DNA from: Lachnospiraceae bacterium
GTDB lineage: Bacteria > Bacillota > Clostridia > Lachnospirales > Lachnospiraceae
Direction: 5' to 3'
Assembly (NCBI GenBank): GCA_017408025.1
Contig: JAFQVJ010000068.1
Span: 107,440 to 171,439 of the forward strand
DNA: 64,000 nucleotides
Every line of letters starts with the position of its first letter. Positions within the stretch are counted from its first letter, which is position 1. Shown piece by piece: positions 63,624 through 64,000 of the stretch. The position numbers and the translations under genes were made by a program. The notes beneath the pieces were generated by a model that made no database searches, had not been told where the DNA came from, and saw only the letters and a list, made by a program, of their open reading frames with translations.

Positions 63624-64000
63624 TGTTATTCAACTTCCTCCTGAGAACCTCTAAGAAGCTTCGACTGTCAAGCTTTATGACCTTCGTACAATTCTTAGAT
63701 TTTCTTATTCTGATAATATCTCCACTATACAATGGAGTTCCTATATTGCCATCAAAATATACATAGCCAGACTCACCTGTCTCAGCTGGTTTTGACTGAC
63801 ATATCTCTATTTCTATAACATCATCCTTTTCCAATACAATACTTCTTGTATTCAATGTATGAGGACATACAGGCGTCATCACTATAAGCTGGGCTGACGG
63901 TTTTACAAGAGGACCACCTGCCGACATACTATAAGCTGTTGAGCCTGTGGGTGTGGCAGCTATAATTCCATCTGCCTTGTAACTGTTAAGTCTTATACCG
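63604..64000 (-). CDS. nadK: NAD kinase, C-terminal part (continues beyond right edge)
   Basis: The reading frame is open to the window edge. ...GSTAYSMSAGGPLVKP... motif. Sits in the nadK-argR-recN order. Confidence 0.85.
   Translation of the reverse strand, partial: GIRLNSYKADGIIAATPTGSTAYSMSAGGPLVKPSAQLIVMTPVCPHTLNTRSIVLEKDDVIEIEICQSKPAETGESGYVYFDGNIGTPLYSGDIIRIRKSKNCTKVIKLDSRSFLEVLRRKLNNNEDSQT

Overview
AT-rich window, probably from an endospore-forming Clostridia genome (Lachnospiraceae-like; this is an inference). About 95% of genes are on the minus strand. Most of the window is conserved housekeeping and sporulation backbone. In order: spoVB-like flippase, ybeY, pgpH-like, phoH, yqfD, yqfC, rpsU, alaS, MutS-related ATPase, spoIVA; later spoIIM, NUDIX, proC, aspartate aminotransferase, rny, recX, recA, cinA/pncC, pgsA, rimO, rpoZ, gmk, yicC, potABCD, rqcH (+), ECF S-component, glgA, spo0A, trpS, spoIVB, recN, argR, nadK (partial). 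Four things stand out. (1) A ~6 kb accessory block (30.4-36.5 kb) holds a covalently duplicated HTH-TPR (RRNPP-like) regulator and a convergent 46-aa exported-peptide ORF. A perfect 22-bp palindrome there overlaps two divergent promoters, one of which drives a LanFEG-like ABC-2 transporter operon with two unassignable surface-anchored proteins. This is my best candidate for an undescribed peptide-sensing system. (2) A complete chemosensory operon runs cheR-cheB-cheY-cheA-mcp-mcp-cheW-mcp. Its three near-identical MCPs lack a sensor domain. It continues without a gap into a soluble PAS histidine kinase and a REC protein whose HD-GYP domain has lost its catalytic residues. (3) A c-di-GMP-I (GEMM-I) riboswitch with a terminator lies upstream of a lipoprotein gene at the left edge. 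(4) A family of modular, hairpin-rich intergenic repeats occurs at five or more loci, always downstream of genes. No rRNA, tRNA, CRISPR array, transposase or prophage genes were recognised. All calls come from reading the sequence and ORF translations; no searches or computations were run.
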